Part shown: one piece after another, positions 27,188 through 42,338 of the stretch
Layout: every line of letters starts with the position of its first letter
Numbering within the stretch: the first letter of the stretch is position 1
From: the human T2T-CHM13v2.0 reference genome, Homo sapiens
Length of the DNA stretch: 64,000 nucleotides
Direction: 5' to 3' (one strand)
NCBI RefSeq assembly: GCF_009914755.1
Contig: NC_060931.1
The notes under the pieces: model-generated
The model's database searches: none
Told to the model about the DNA's origin: nothing
What the model saw: the letters and a program-made list of their open reading frames with translations, nothing else
Made by a program: the position numbers and the translations under genes

Positions 27188-27899
27188 CTTAAGTTTATTC
27201 TGAAGCAGGTGTCAGATTTTCCCTTAGAGATATCTGCCAACAAATCCAGTGCTGAGAATTTGCTGGAAGCCACCAAGGGACACTGTCACCTTCCACAGGC
27301 GAGTGTGGCATCCACTTGCAGCATCTCTTTCAACACCAGACATGCCCAGTGTTCATCTCTCATGACTATACACCCATTTTCTGCATGTAAGTGAATGAGA
27401 ACAAGGTAGGTGGTAGATATGGGAGTGGAGCATGTTTCCTTGCAGAAAATGTTGAGAGCAACGTGGCTTTCACCTGGGTCACGGGTAACATATCCCTGCT
27501 TCAGGTTGCCTTTTGTTTCTGTTTGCAGAGAGCTTAGACAAAGCTTTCAAGGTAGGGTCATTTTTATTTTGTCCCACATGTAAGGTCATTATGGGCTTTA
27601 TGTCTGTCTATAATCCAGTTTGAGGCTATAATAAAGACCCCAATCCACCTCTTCCTAAGTATTCCCTATAGGTTACAGGTGGTGCAGAGAGGCATTGCAT
27701 GAAGTTCCACAATAAAACCTCATCTCTCTGCTTATTATTTCGATCTTTGTTAAATGCCAATATTCCTTGAGGAGGGTCATGTTTTAAAGCTGTTTTAACT
27801 ACATACAATTTTTAAGAGCAAGAAGGAATCTAGGAGGGAGAGAAAGCAGGGAGGGCCGCCAGCAAGGCTGTTAAAATGAGAGACCATTCCATACTTTTT

Positions 27900-28460
27900 G
27901 CCTCTGGCCAATTTTTCCATTTATTCTCTGAATGTTTATGAGTCTCTCATGTGTGCCAGACACCATTGCAGGAATCAGGGCTACAGAAGTGAGCAAGATA
28001 GACTAGGTTTTGCTTTTCTGGAGTCAAGGATGATGAGGAGGGTATGGAGAGCAGAAAATAAACACACACAGCAACGATGAGCAGGCTGACTTCAGACGGT
28101 GATAAGAACTCTGAAGAAAATGGGACAGGATAGGGAGTGAATGACAGGATGGGGCTGGTGATGGAAGGATCTGGGGACAGCTGCCCAAGCAGAAGGAAAT
28201 GAAGAAAGAGAAAGAAGGCCAGTGTGGCCAGAGGACAGTGGGGAAAAAGAGGGAGGAAAAAGAGAAGTTCAGGTTGGAGAGGAACGAGGTGGCGTGTGTG
28301 TATATGGGTGTATCTGCAAGTGTGCAAGTATGTGTGTGAAAGGGTGGAGATGGGGAGTACAGCCTGTGCAGCGCCCGACAGGCCACCATAAGGATGCAGG
28401 CTTCAACTCTGAGAAAGATGGAAGCTGTTGGGGGATTTTGCTCAAAGGAATGATACAGCA
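27900..28460. mobile_element. L2 fragment
   Basis: TGTGCCAGACACC...GAGCAAGATAGAC, GGCCAGTGTGGC, GGCCACCATAAGGA motifs. Confidence 0.55.
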
Positions 28461-28489
28461 TGACATTAAAAAAAAAAAAAGTCTGGTAA

Positions 28490-28812
28490 ACCATACCTAA
28501 TGTAACATTGACCATTTTAACTATTTCTAAGGGTCCATTCAGTGGCATTAAATACATTCACAATGCTGTGCAACCATCACCACTATCTATTTCTAGAACT
28601 TTTTCATCTTCCCAAACTGAAGTTCTATACCCATTCAACACTAATTCCCCCTTCCTCCCTCCTGCAGCCCCGGGCGACCACCATTCTGCTTTCTTTCTCT
28701 GTGAACTGGATTCCTCTGGCGATCTCGCAGAAGTGGAATCATGTAATATTCGTCCTTTTGGGGCTGACTTATTTCACTCAACATAATGCTGTCAAGGTGC
28801 ATACATACTGCA
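28490..28812 (-). mobile_element. L1MB 3' fragment inside an L2
   Basis: CAGTGGCATTAAATACATTCACAATGCTGTGCAACCATCACCACTATCTATTTCTAGAAC. Confidence 0.75.
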
Positions 28813-29066
28813 GCACAGTGATTTATGTTTTAAAAGGGTCTCTCTGGCTGCTGTATGGAGGACAGACCTTAGGGGAGTAAGAGGCCAGGAGGGGCCATTG
28901 CCCTGGTCTAGGTGACAGAGGTGCAGCTGGGACCAAGGAGCTCAGGCATTGCTTGCCTGCTGGCATAAAGGTGAAGGCGAAAAATCTCTCAAATGCCCTG
29001 TGCTCTGGGGCCCTGGCTCTGCCACAGCCCTTCCAGGGTCAGAGCTCAGAGAGTCACTGGAGTTAC

Positions 29067-29211
29067 CTTTATAAAATTCACTTTGCAGTAGCAGGAATCA
29101 TCATGCAGGTTCTTGATGACAATCTCTCCATAGTGCTCAATCCACCTCTGCCCGCTTAAGATGTTATGGATGCAAGAGGTCACTTTGTTCCACTCAAAAT
29201 GATCCCCAAAA
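29067..29211 (-). CDS. OSBPL3: OSBPL3 coding exon (probably 19; 145 nt)
   Basis: ttag|T...AAG|gtaact; [48 protein letters not shown]. Confidence 0.96.
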
Positions 29212-29679
29212 CTAAAAAGAAGGAAAAAGTAGAAGTACCAATTTCTAGAAGAGCCAGCAGCAAATGCAAACAAACTCTGCTCTTTTATAAAATAAGTCAT
29301 GCAATGCATTATTCATCTCTTTATTCACAGAAGCAACACTGGCTAAGTGTCTATGTCACACTGGATGTTCTAGGAGCTTCCACTCTCCAAGGAGGCATGC
29401 ATGCCACAGAGAATGACAGCATTCAGACTTTGCACTCTGGAAGCTACCAGAGGCTTCACTAGAAGCTGGTGGTCTCTTGGAACAGCCCACTCCCTCCTTT
29501 GACAGAGGAGGCAATTCAGAGCCAGAGGGGCTTGTCTAATGTTGCTGAACTAGGAAAGGGAAGCTTGAGAAAGGGATGAAGGTTTTATACAATCTGCTAA
29601 ACATACATTGCCTGCATCCTTTGTGATGAGAAAGTATTCAGATATTACTTATGGAATTCAATAATTACGAGGAAAATGG

Positions 29680-29930
29680 TATTAATAATAAGACCAGATA
29701 CTTACAAAACATATGCAATGTGCTAAGTACTATTTTAGGTGTTTCATGTATATTATCTGTTTAATCTTCACAATAGCCCTAGGAAGTAGGTGGTTTATTA
29801 TTCTCTTTTTCTAGATGGGGAAACTGGTGATGAGAAAGGTGAAGTAACTTGCCCAGGGATTCGCTGTTAGTAAGTGCCAGAGTGAGCAGGTGAATCTCGG
29901 CAGTCCAGTTTCAGAGTCCCTGCTCAGAAG
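29680..29930. mobile_element. MIR
   Basis: TTTAATCTTCACAATAGCCCT...AGATGGGGAAACTG...GTGAAGTAACTTGCCCAGG. Confidence 0.65.
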
Positions 29931-30033
29931 CATCTTGCTTTATAAATAAGTATCAATCATCCCTATCAGATCAAGGCCATACTTTTCTTAAAAGGGATTT
30001 TGATAGCAAAGCAGCATAATAAAGGAAAAACAC

Positions 30034-30334
30034 TTTTTTTAAAAAAATTGAGATAGGGTCTCACCCCTTCACCCAGGCTGGAGTGCAGTGGCACGATCAC
30101 AGCTCACTGTAGCCTCAACCTCCCCAGGCTCAAATGATCCTCCCACCTCAGCCTCCTGAGTAGCTGGGACTACAGGTGCGTGCCACCACTATGCCTGGCT
30201 AATTTTTGTATTTTTTCTAGAGACAGGGTCTTGTCATGTTGCCCATACTGGTCTCAAACTCCTGGACTTAAGCAATCTGCCCGCCTTGGCCTCCCAAAGT
30301 GCTGGGATTACAGATGTGAGCCACTGCGCCCAGC
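30034..30334 (-). mobile_element. Alu (J-like)
   Basis: Full dimer. Confidence 0.9.
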
Positions 30335-30617
30335 TAAAACCACCATTCTTAATCTTGTTAGGAAGTGGAAATGAGTTTTTAATAAGCATCTATTCAGGGA
30401 ACTTTGGTCTCCAGGAGGCATTTCCATTTGAGGGAGAAACATTTTTTAAAAGTGAGCTTGCCAAAAGGAGGAACATTTAAACCTACTGTCAGACAGATTA
30501 AAAGAAAAAATACACACTCAATGCAACTGCCGGGGGCGGGGGTGGGCATCCTGTCCCCAAAGCAAAATCTTGGCCCTAAATTCCATAAAGCTCCTTAACC
30601 ACAGAAGAAGAACTTAC

Positions 30618-30696
30618 ACTGGCAGAGTCACATGGGTTGTGCCAATTGGAACAATTTCCATGGATTTGCCCCAGAATTTGTTTTTCCATCTCACAT
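30618..30696 (-). CDS. OSBPL3: OSBPL3 coding exon (probably 18; 79 nt)
   Basis: tcag|AT...GT|gtaagt; (D)[25 protein letters not shown](V). Confidence 0.96.
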
Positions 30697-31244
30697 CTGA
30701 AATGAAATACCAAATATTACATTTTTAGCAGGAGAGGTAGGTAGATGAAATAGTTCCTAGGCTAGATAAATGATCAATCGCTATATAGTACAACCTCTTC
30801 ACAATCAAGTCAATTATTGTATAGGATAACTTTTCATAAAATATAAGTACCAACCCCATATGGGCCCTTGGAGCAGAATCAGGGAAACTAAAATGATAAG
30901 ATAAAGTCCTTTCCATGAATGCGAGAAGTGAAAACAAGTAGTAAGCACACAGAGAGGCCCAGGCTATAACTGAGTGTGTTATAAGGTAAAATGAAACCTG
31001 AGAAGAAGGAGTGACGAATATGCTTGGAGAAAGCATCAGAAGAGGCTTGTCAGAAAGGGCCATCTAAATGGGGCTTTGAGGAATAAGCAGGAGTTCACTG
31101 GGCAGAGAAAAAGCAATTTAAGGCCAAATAAATAGCTTGTCTGAGGGGACGGAAGTATAGGAAAACACAGTCAAATAGTGTGGTTCTGTCCTATAGGTCT
31201 CAGATTGTCTTATCTAGAGAAGAGTAGAAAGGTTGAGAACAAAA

Positions 31245-31545
31245 CCAGGTGCAGTGGCTCATGCCTGTAATCCTAGCACTTTGGGAGGCAGAGGTGGGTG
31301 GATCATTTGAGATCAGGAGTTCGAGACCAGCACAGCCAACATGGCGAAACCCCTTCTCTATTAAAAATACAAAAATTAGCTGGGCGTTGTGGTGGGTGCC
31401 TGTAGTCCCAGCTGCTCAGGAGGCTGAGGCAGGAACCCAAGAGGTGGAGGTTGCAGTGAGCCAAGATCATGCCATTGCACTCCAGCCTGGGTGATGGAGT
31501 GAGATTCTGCCAAAAAAAACAAAACAAAACTGAAAACGAAAAACA
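31245..31545 (+). mobile_element. Alu
   Basis: Dimer with a small internal deletion. Confidence 0.9.
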
Positions 31546-32099
31546 ATGGGCTCTCCAAGCCTGGCTAAGAGTCTGGTTTGTGTGCACTGAGTGGAAATAA
31601 TCAGGCCACTGATGTGATTAGACATGGACCTTGCAAAGGCAATTGGAAGCCATATGGAGAATGGAACAGGAGTAGGAGAGAGGAGAAGCAAGGCGACAAG
31701 TTAAGAGGCTACTGCAATTGCCCAGGGGATAACAAACGGGATGAAGGGAACCAAGACAACAGACGCGGGGAAGTGAGTGAGCCCAGAAATACTAAAGAAG
31801 AAGAAATAGGCACTAGGTCAACTAGGTGACAAGTTAGATACAGACTGAAAAAGAACGAATTTATGAACAATGTCAGATTTCTCTAACTTGCAATGAATGG
31901 TGGTACCAACAGAGAAGCCAGGAAATAGAAAAAGAACAGCAAGAGGATCCCATCTGGCTGCTGCACTGAGGATCTACAGATCACAGGGAAATCAGGGTTG
32001 AAGCAGGGGGGACAGTGGGGAGCCCTGGCTGGGGTCCAGGTGAGAGAGGTGGGTCTGGGACCAGCGAGCACAGTGGGCCTCATATTGTTTAATCCTATT

Positions 32100-32810
32100 T
32101 ATATAAAATGCCCCAAACAGGCACATTTATAGGCTGGGGAATATTGAGAGAAATGGGGCAGGTGGCAGAGGGGGTGGATAATATTTGCTAAAGAGGATTC
32201 TTTTTGGAGTGATGAAAATGTTCTAAAATTAACTGTGCTGATAACTGCACAGTTTATTAAATTCACAATTCTGTGAATAAAAACCATTGAATTGTACACT
32301 TTACACGGGTGAATGATATGGTATATAAGTTATATGTTCATAAAATTGTTACCAAGAGAAAAAAAAGATAGATGGCTGTTTAAAGCTAAAGTATTAACAA
32401 TGTACTACATGGTTTATGATATACAGAAGACGTATGAAAAAATAGTAGAGAGGTTGGGAAGGGAAAATGGAAGTATACTTCTGTAAATCTCACTATATGA
32501 AACTGGCATAATATTATTTGATGATATTAAAAATATATAACATAAATCCTAAAGTAACAACTTTAACAAGAAACAAAACAGGTAAGTATAGCTAATAAGC
32601 TAACAGGGGAGATGAAAGAGAATGATAGAAATTATTCAATCCAAAAGGCAGAGAAAGAGGAAACGGAGAACAAAGAACAGATGTGACAAACAGAAAAGAA
32701 ACATCATGAGGGCAGATTTAAGCCCAGCTACATCTACAATCACAACAAACGGAAATGGTTTACACAACCTACATAAAAGGCAGAGAAATGTCAGGCTGGG
32801 TTACAAAGCA
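32100..32810 (+). mobile_element. L1M fragments
   Basis: GATGAAAATGTTCTAAAATT, GAATTGTACACTTTA and A-rich inter-ORF-like sequence. Confidence 0.55.
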
Positions 32811-32980
32811 AGATTTGGGAATCCTAGGCCCATGGAAATAGGTAGATTGCTCAGGAAAAGGCTGATGGGGAAGTATGGCCTAGGAGAAGGATGCTAAGGC
32901 TGAGAAGGGAAGGATGTAACACAGGAGCACACAAAACTACTTTGAGAAGACCCCTCGCATTAAAAAAAAATCCAACTTTT

Positions 32981-33334
<354 letters not shown>

Positions 33335-34183
33335 TTAGGAGGCTAGGAACCTTATGAGAATATTTCCAGAGGGTTTTGGTGAGAGAGCAGTTTTAATTTT
33401 AAACTTTAATAGCAAAGGTGAAGAAAGAAAACCATGGTACTTGTCACTTTAAACTGGAAATACTGATTGCCTCCAAAGAGAGAAACTGAGTGGCTGGGGA
33501 AGGGGGTTACAGTATACTGTTTCGTACTTTTAAAGTTTAATAGACTGCGTGTGTGTGTGTGCCTGTGTGTGTAAAGGTAACGTGTGATATCACTAGTAGC
33601 AGAGAAAAATATTTTTAAAATGTATATGTGCTCACTGTCCAAAAACCTAGGATGCTTATATGTTCCTTCTACAGTACACTTTTTTTTAATAAATTGAGAG
33701 ATTAACAAAATTAATCCATCTAGGAAATATCTATAGCCTTATTTATTCTTTAGAAGATTTACCCACCCAACCCCAACTCAAAATATAAACTGAACAAAAT
33801 TTTAGGAACAATCATCTCAAAAATGAAAAGAAGTAAGCAATGTAAAACACGACTTCAGAAATAAAATTTAAGTTTGACAAAAGCTGAAAACCCCTCTGCT
33901 GTCTACACTCTGATAAACAACTGTAAATATTTAATGTCTCTTGAAATATGTGAGGCATTTCAAATGATTTTTACATAAGATAAAGTTACAGAAATAAATG
34001 GAGGTGGCTCAGATAAACTAAGTGAGAGATGAGAGGCAAGAACAGGTGGCGCAGATCCTTCCAACCAGGCCCAAATCCAAGGACCACTTTTGATCTCAGT
34101 AAGAATTGACAGCAATTCTTGGATAAAATAAATAGATAACATATTACACAATATGATGGAAGTAAAATGTATTAGCACATTAC

Positions 34184-34247
34184 CTTGCCAGAAAACAAAA
34201 TTTCTAGACTCAGCATGACACGCAGAGATAGGCGGATGGTGGCTGAC
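34184..34247 (-). CDS. OSBPL3: OSBPL3 coding exon (probably 17; 64 nt)
   Basis: tcag|GTC...CAAG|gtaatg; VSHHPPISACHAESRNFVFWQ; completes the EQVSHHPP OSBP fingerprint. Confidence 0.97.
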
Positions 34248-34390
34248 CTGATGGAAACAAAGGACAGAAAAACAAAAAATGAATGAACTTTTGTGTCTCA
34301 TGAAATCCATTCTTTCTCCCCTGCACTGAGATGTAACAGCGTGCAATGCTGAACTGAAGGAAAAACTTCTTTAGTTTCCCTCATCAAGTG

Positions 34391-34409
34391 TGTCCTCAAG
34401 AGGGCGCTC
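34391..34409 (+). promoter_or_regulatory. CTCF-like motif
   Basis: TGTCCTCAAGAGGGCGCTC. Confidence 0.45.
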
Positions 34410-35857
34410 CTGATACAGTCAGCTCCCACTTGCTCAGATTGGTCAAGGCTGAGGGGAAGGCCCTTGAACGGAAGCCTCCAGAAGCCTCCGTGGGAGGGCG
34501 GCCAGGTGGCGAGTGATGAGGATAGAGGCGCATTTTGAAAGACATAAAAATAAAAACGGAGACATGTGAGGACTGCTCATCCATAACATATAATCTGACA
34601 TTGGCTACCAATGTCAACATCTCTTATTAGCTGTTCTGAAAGTAGCTGCAGATGTTTTAATTAAGATATCAAATAACAAGTATTTTAAATGCAACCCAAA
34701 ATGTTCTTCCTCGGGCTCAGCCAATTTAACTCTTGAAAACTCTGCATCATAAAGTCCAGCCTCTTTTCAAATCACCTACAAGAAGACCAATGCAAGGTAA
34801 TTTTTTTAAAAAAGAGTGTTTCTATTAAAAAAAAAAAAAGGTAAACACAATTGTTGAGGAAATGTTAGTCAACTGTTAAGAAATTTTATTTATTTTTGGT
34901 CTAATAAAACTATCTTAAGCAAATAAGTAATCTCATTCCAGAAAAGAGAATCCCCTGGAGCAGAGAGTGCCCTTTGGCAAGGGGTCATTACTCATTTTAT
35001 TCAGCAGTGAAGAGGCTGAAGAGAAAATGGCTCCTCCCTCTATTTCCTCATCTCAGTCACACTCAGGGAACGTTGAGAGGTGTATATGCTGTCATTCTAA
35101 TTCAGCACTGGTGAAACCACAGTAATGCTGCCAAGGGTGTTTCCAGAAAGTTCTCTGATGTAGCTGATTCTTAACAGAGGTGTCTTACATTGAGAGTATC
35201 TAGCTCAAAGCCTGCACCTTATAAACGAAGAGACTGAAACCAGAAAGATAAAGTAACATTTCCCAAGCCACACCAATAGTCAGGGAAGAGGTAGCGGTAA
35301 GTCCCAGCAGTTTTGGTTTACCTCACTGGTTTTCAAACTTTGCAAAAAGAAGAAAAAAAATGTTTTAAGCAGCTGTACAGTTTTCAGACCCGTCTTATCA
35401 AGAACCCAGAATACTGAGCCCTTGCTTGAGATAAACAGGTGGGGAGGAAGGGAGGGCAGTGGGTGACAAATCCACAGCTGTTCACCTTCCTTGGGACCCT
35501 CAGCTGAGGAACATGGTTTGAAAACTACTTCTGTATGCCAGGCCTCCAGCAGGAGGACTGCACGGCTGGGAGGATGTGGTCACACACGCCACACCCAGAT
35601 GTGACTCATGGGATTACAGCCGTACCAGTGTGGGCCAAAGAAAGGTAGAGACAAAGACGTAAATCATGTAGGCATCTTTCAGATTCCTCAATAAACACCA
35701 ACGCCAGCTGCAATACAAAGCAGGAGACTCAAATCTGCTGCTCTTTGGTTTGTCTTAGTTCCCATGTGCCTCCTAAGAACGTGAGCCCTTCTGTGCCTGT
35801 GGGATTTTCAAGGGCAACTTTCACTTCAAGCACTGACTTAGAAACCTAATCCCATAA

Positions 35858-36455
<598 letters not shown>

Positions 36456-37306
36456 CCATTAATCAGCTCAAGACAATCCCCACTCCCCACTTCTCCACCC
36501 CAGCTGGCATGACCCACTATGAAATGGAAGGAAAGCTATGAAATGTTCCTCTCCCCCATAATGTAAACATATTTTAAAGTGGATTATTATGAAGTAGATT
36601 ATATTCATCCCACAAAAACAATGTAGCAATGTGGGAGAGGAGCACTATAGCTTTGATGAAGAATTTGGCATCTTTACAGGTATGGCCGAATGTAAACACA
36701 GTATATAAAAACCATACGCCTCTTCTGTAATAATTTTAAACCCCATAAAACAGGGATAAATATACATCCATATGAATTACAAGAGAACCCCTACAGTATA
36801 CACACATCTCATAAAAACCCAACCTTGATTTTTTTAAACTATTGTGTTAGATAATGAATGAATGTTTAGCAGATTATGTTTAGATGGGTTCAACACATTT
36901 TCTGAATAAGTCTCAACCTTCAAATATCAGTAACTTTGCTTATTTCTTTATGGCTTACACAGGCCTTTGGGAATGGTTTATTTGGCCCACATTGCTTTTA
37001 AGAGTTTTACAAAGCTTTCTGGGGAGATTTACATTGATAGCTTATTATTTTGTATATTTCCTCCTATTTCTGGAGCATCTGCCATGTGCTGCACTAGTGT
37101 CCGGGAACGAGGGAAAGGTTTTTGTTGTTCCATGGACCTGGGCCCTGACTGCAACATCATCTGCTGGCTGTATGACCTTCACAGCTTTTCAGTCCCTTCA
37201 GCCTCTGTCACCTCATCTGTGAAATAAGGCTGATTCCACTGACTCGGCCAACTAAAAAAAGAACACATACAAACTGTCCAGGATCATACACTGATGTGGA
37301 TTAGGC

Positions 37307-37413
37307 AGAGACTAAGTGAAAATATACTCATTTAAAAGAGACTAAGTGAAAATACACTCATTTAAAAAATCAAAATATAGATTTCTAAAATGAGTGTATT
37401 TTCACTTAGTTCT
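37307..37413. repeat. Tandem duplication plus inverted repeat (MITE-like hairpin)
   Basis: 30-bp unit twice (37307-37336, 37337-37366; one mismatch); perfect 23-bp inverted arms at 37341-37363 and 37388-37410. Confidence 0.9.
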
Positions 37414-38604
37414 TAGGGCAGCCTTGTATCTTGGTGAGCCTGATTTTATAAATTAGGAAATAGGGGTTCTGGCCAGCAAAGAGCTTCCCCAATGCCACAA
37501 CATTAATGAGTGATAAAGGTAGCACTCCAAACCTATGTCATCCTCTTCCAGATCCAGGGCTCGTGTCCCTCCCCAAAGCCAGGACACATCATTAAGGTTC
37601 CTTCTCATGGACATTTAGAGAAAAAAAACTTTTGAATTTGACCTTTCCAACCTCAGTCTCGCATATTTCTTTGTAAAATGAGGTGTGAGGATCCCTCTTG
37701 GCTTCAAAATGCTCTGATTCTAACATCTGCTGTTAATGTCTTCTTCGAATCTTAGCATCAAAGGTGGTGGCGGATGCTGGCCAACTTGAAAAAATTATAC
37801 AAAGGCTTTGATTAACTTCAATGCCCATGGAAAAAGGTAATTCACAGTTAATCACTTAATCTTTGTTGATGGCAATCTTTCTAAAATCTATTAGAGTAGA
37901 GAATAATGAGCAGAATCTAACCTGTCTTTGTTATTGCAGGATTTTGGTTGAGTCTGTATTCTCCTTACATTTTAATTCAGGCAAAAAGGGCAGTAAATGC
38001 ATTTGTCTGAATTGACCCAGCCCTGGAAGGAGATGCTGTCTGTTAGCCTGTTGAATAAACCCAATTTAGACTTTTTTTTTAAGCATTCTTCCCTATCACG
38101 TCCTCTCCAATCAAAGAAGAGCAATTCTTGATTGGTAAGGATGCCCAAGCATTCAAGAAATTAGTACACATGGTTTTTATTACGCAAGTATTTATATGGT
38201 AACACATGTATCTATCTTTCTTTCTACAAGCCCCAATACAGTTCCCCTGGCAGTTAAGAATTCTGGTAATTTATAATTTATTTATATATCTGAGGCCTTT
38301 CTTTACCTTGACCTAATCATTTTTAATTTATGCTTTGAATGCACTTTATATAAGAGGTCAGGGGAGAAGCAGATAGGAAAAGGAGGTATTTTCAGTATTT
38401 TTGTACTTTGTAAGTTTTTATTTTTCAGATTTAGAAAAGTAGCCCTTCAGTACATCAGTTCTCCCCTGCAACTGCTCCAAGGCATAACTATCCAGTCCTC
38501 CTAGGTCCTGATTTCCCTGCAGCAATACAGGGCAATAACGAAAAAGAGGGCAAGTGCCAGGTGAAGAAGTCATCCAGAGAGGGGACCAAGTGGCCATTCT
38601 TTCC

Positions 38605-39445
38605 AGGTCACTCATCAAGTACTTATTGATTGCCTGTGATGTGTCAGGCACCGTCCTAGTCACCAAGGGTAAAAATTCTTACCCTGATGGAATTTATATT
38701 TTAGTATGGAAGTGGGTAAGACAAACGACACATAAGAAGCACATAATTTGTCAGTAGAAATTGTGTTAAGGAAAATAAAGCAGGGCATGAGGATGTGGGG
38801 ACAGTGAGTAGGAGTGCTGGTCAGACAGGGTGGTGGGGCAGGACTCTAATAATGGAAACCTGTGGGGCTGAGAGAAGTTCGGAAGTTAACCATGCAGATA
38901 TCTGAGAGAAGCACGTCCCAGGCAGGGGACACAGCAAAGGCCAATGGCTGGAAAATGCTTGGTATGAAGCAGAAGAAGCAAGGCCAGTCTGGCAGAGCTA
39001 AATGAGGAGGTGGGGTAAGTAGGAGAAGTGTCTGAGGGTGAGATTTTCGAGGGCGTTGTGGACCATGGCCAGGACTTTGGATTTTATTCCAAGTGACTTG
39101 GGAAGTTGGTGGAGGATTTAGAGCAGCTGCTGCTTCTGTTTTAAGCAGTCACTGGGGCTGCTGGATAAGGAATTAACTGGCTCTGGAAACAGGAGACCAG
39201 TAGTGAGTCCTACTGCAATAATCCCAGTCATTGATTTTAGTGGCCTGAGCTAGGTGACCAGCATCACATGGGAGAGAAAGTGAAAATGGCTGGCTGTAGA
39301 AGGAAGGCTTCTGAAGGGAGACCCCAGGATTTGCTGATGAGAGGATGTGAATGATGAGAGAAAGAGCTATTAAGGATGATGCCAAGAATTCTGGCCTGAT
39401 TTTGGGGAGAATGCAGATGCCAATTATTTTCCCTTCTCCCATGTT
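38605..39445. mobile_element. L2 fragment
   Basis: TGTGTCAGGCACCGTCCTAG, GGACTTTGGATTTTATTC, AAGGATGATGCCAAG motifs. Confidence 0.6.
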
Positions 39446-41957
39446 CAGAGTGAATCACTTATCTCATAAACACATGGCCTCTTGCAAAAAATTAAAAAAC
39501 AAAAACACATTAAGTGCTGACTTGACCTAGAAATGGAGAAAACCACAAAGCAATGGTTTAGTTGTCTCATATTTGATTTATTGCTGGTTTTATTTGAACG
39601 GCTTGAATTTACCCTTTGAGTGTCTTTAAGAATTTACCCTTTGACAGTATCTTTACTTATTTAATCAGTAATAAATAACTCTGCTAACTAGTAGATACAA
39701 GGACTATGCAGAGGTGACATGAGTGTGCAAGGAGGAAGTGATGGGTGTGGCAAGTATAAGCCTGTCCAAGAATGTATGGACTCAGAGTCCTCCAATAAAT
39801 AACAGAAAAGGAAGAAAGGCTGAGCCTGTAGAGCAAAAGAAAAGATCTTCATTTCAATCTCTTACATTTTAGTAACTTTTAATAACTGCACTCAGCTTTT
39901 CTGACACTGTCAAGGGTATGCAGGTGGGTGGGTAAATGGTTAAAATGAACAATGATCTGGACAACTAAAGTTTCATGTAATTAGGAAAAGCTACTTTTAG
40001 ACTGTAGCTTAATTGCATATCCTTTCAACACCAAACCTTTCCCAAAGGTATGAAAAAAGGAACATAGCCAACTGAAATAAGTTTTCTGACCCATCTATTC
40101 CCTTGATGCAGCTCAAAACCAGTGTGTTAGCTCTGCCAGGCAGCAGGAGGACGCAGCAAGCAGGGAATCACCTGCCAGAGGATACTTAGTCCCTGAACAG
40201 TAAGGAAAGAAGGGAAGTCCTTCCTCTCTGAATTCTTCCTTTTGTGAGTTTATGTAGAAAGCCAAGGTTGAAACCGATTTTTTGGCACAAAGGAAACCTC
40301 TGAGAAGGTGGAAGAGCCAGAGGGTCAGAACCTAGGACAGGAATGTCTATGACTCACTCCTGATCGGTCCTCTTTCACAAAGGCCACACCCCTGCCTACC
40401 ACAGGAGTGGAGAACAAAGTCCTATGTGAGTCTGGAGAGATTTTGCATGGTGAGAACGAACAGCATACACAAAGGGCTGCTTTGTGTATACTGTACTCCA
40501 GTAGCTCTGAGCATAGTCACTGAGTCCACACAAGAGACCCCACAGAGAGTAAGGGGAAAAGGAGGCAGGGATGGAAACAGAGGGGCTGGGTTCTAGCATT
40601 TGCTGAGGGGCACCGGGAAGCTCAAATCCTCTAGGCCTTGGTTTTCTCGCCTGTAACTGATCCCTGCCTCACCTTCCACAGAGCGCCGTTTTGGAGATCA
40701 AGTAAGATCATGAATGCACGGAGCACTCTACAAATCTAATACTTGTTCTAAGAAAAATTTTTAACAAGAAATGCTTTCTCTGATTTCTGACCACATGAAT
40801 CATTTTGATGTTGTGGTTTTGGGTCTTTTAGACGAGAAACAATACAGAGAGGCAAGCTTCGACAGAGTCGAACTCTCAAGCAGCAATGACTTCCACTTGC
40901 CTGGCTGCTCACCACCTCGAACATCCACATGCCCAGCAAATCCACAAGACAACAAAATCAAGGGGCTTGGAAGAGAGGCAGCCATCACTTTCCAACTCAG
41001 ACTGTTGTCTAGAAAACTCAGAAGAAAAGCCAAGCTGTTTCTTGCCAGGTCCTTAAGCTTGGAGATACAATTTCCATCATTATCCTCCTTAGAAAAAAAT
41101 TCCACCCAAAAATATTAATTCGGGGGGCTTGCCCAGTTTATTATACTAGTCATCCAGAAACCTGTACTCATTGTAGAGAGGCACAAGAAAACAAACCTCT
41201 AAGCCATGAGAGCTTATCAATGACACATAATGGACAAGGGCGGAGTCATGCTGTCTCCATCAAGGTAGACTGTCTCCTGGGCTGGAGGCAGAAAGAGCCA
41301 TACCAGGTACCAGCAGGAAACAGAATAAATGCTCTGGCACTCTCTTCAGATGTGTTAAATTAGAATAGACAGCATTGGGAGAGGGAAAGAGGGGTACTGA
41401 GCTGATAGGCTCCTGCTGGCCAGGGAAAGGGAGGCCCTGGCCCTACACCCTTCCCACTTCTAGGGCAGAGGACTGCCTGGTGTACTGAATCACATAGCTG
41501 CATCTTCACACTGTATGCTCACTTAGGATTCTCATTGGCTTCCCAAGTAATCTGCCTATGGGAAAATCATACCTAGTCACACTGGACAATGCTTTCTGAT
41601 CCCCATAGCAGGTCTATTTTTCACAGTAAATGCATTTAGTAGCATTCTAGTTTATATACATCAGTCTCTTGTAAGCTTAGTGTGAATTTATCCCTGAGAG
41701 ACTCATCCATTCTTAGGTATATTAAAATAACCAACTATCTGCAGCCATCAGGCTAAATTCCAGACAGATGAAGCAGCTCCATGATGATCAGGACTGGTGG
41801 TATGACCATGGTGAAGCCAGCTGTGAGAACTCCTGGCTGCCTGACAGCCATTTTCTGTCAGAGACTCACCAGCGACATCAAGTCCCCTTCAAACTACTTG
41901 TACTAGAAGTGGAGATATAGCATATCTTATTTGAACATAAGAAAGTATATATTATAG

Positions 41958-42298
<341 letters not shown>

Positions 42299-42338
42299 CT
42301 CTTACTATTCTTAACACTTTATATTAAAAGGCATTGTA

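Noticed and set aside
37307-37410. Repeat-spacer look resembling CRISPR
   Set aside because: Two adjacent copies plus one inverted copy, no spacers, eukaryotic context
39605-39655. ~25-bp tandem duplication (gaatttaccctttga twice)
   Set aside because: Ordinary local slippage duplication with no other signal
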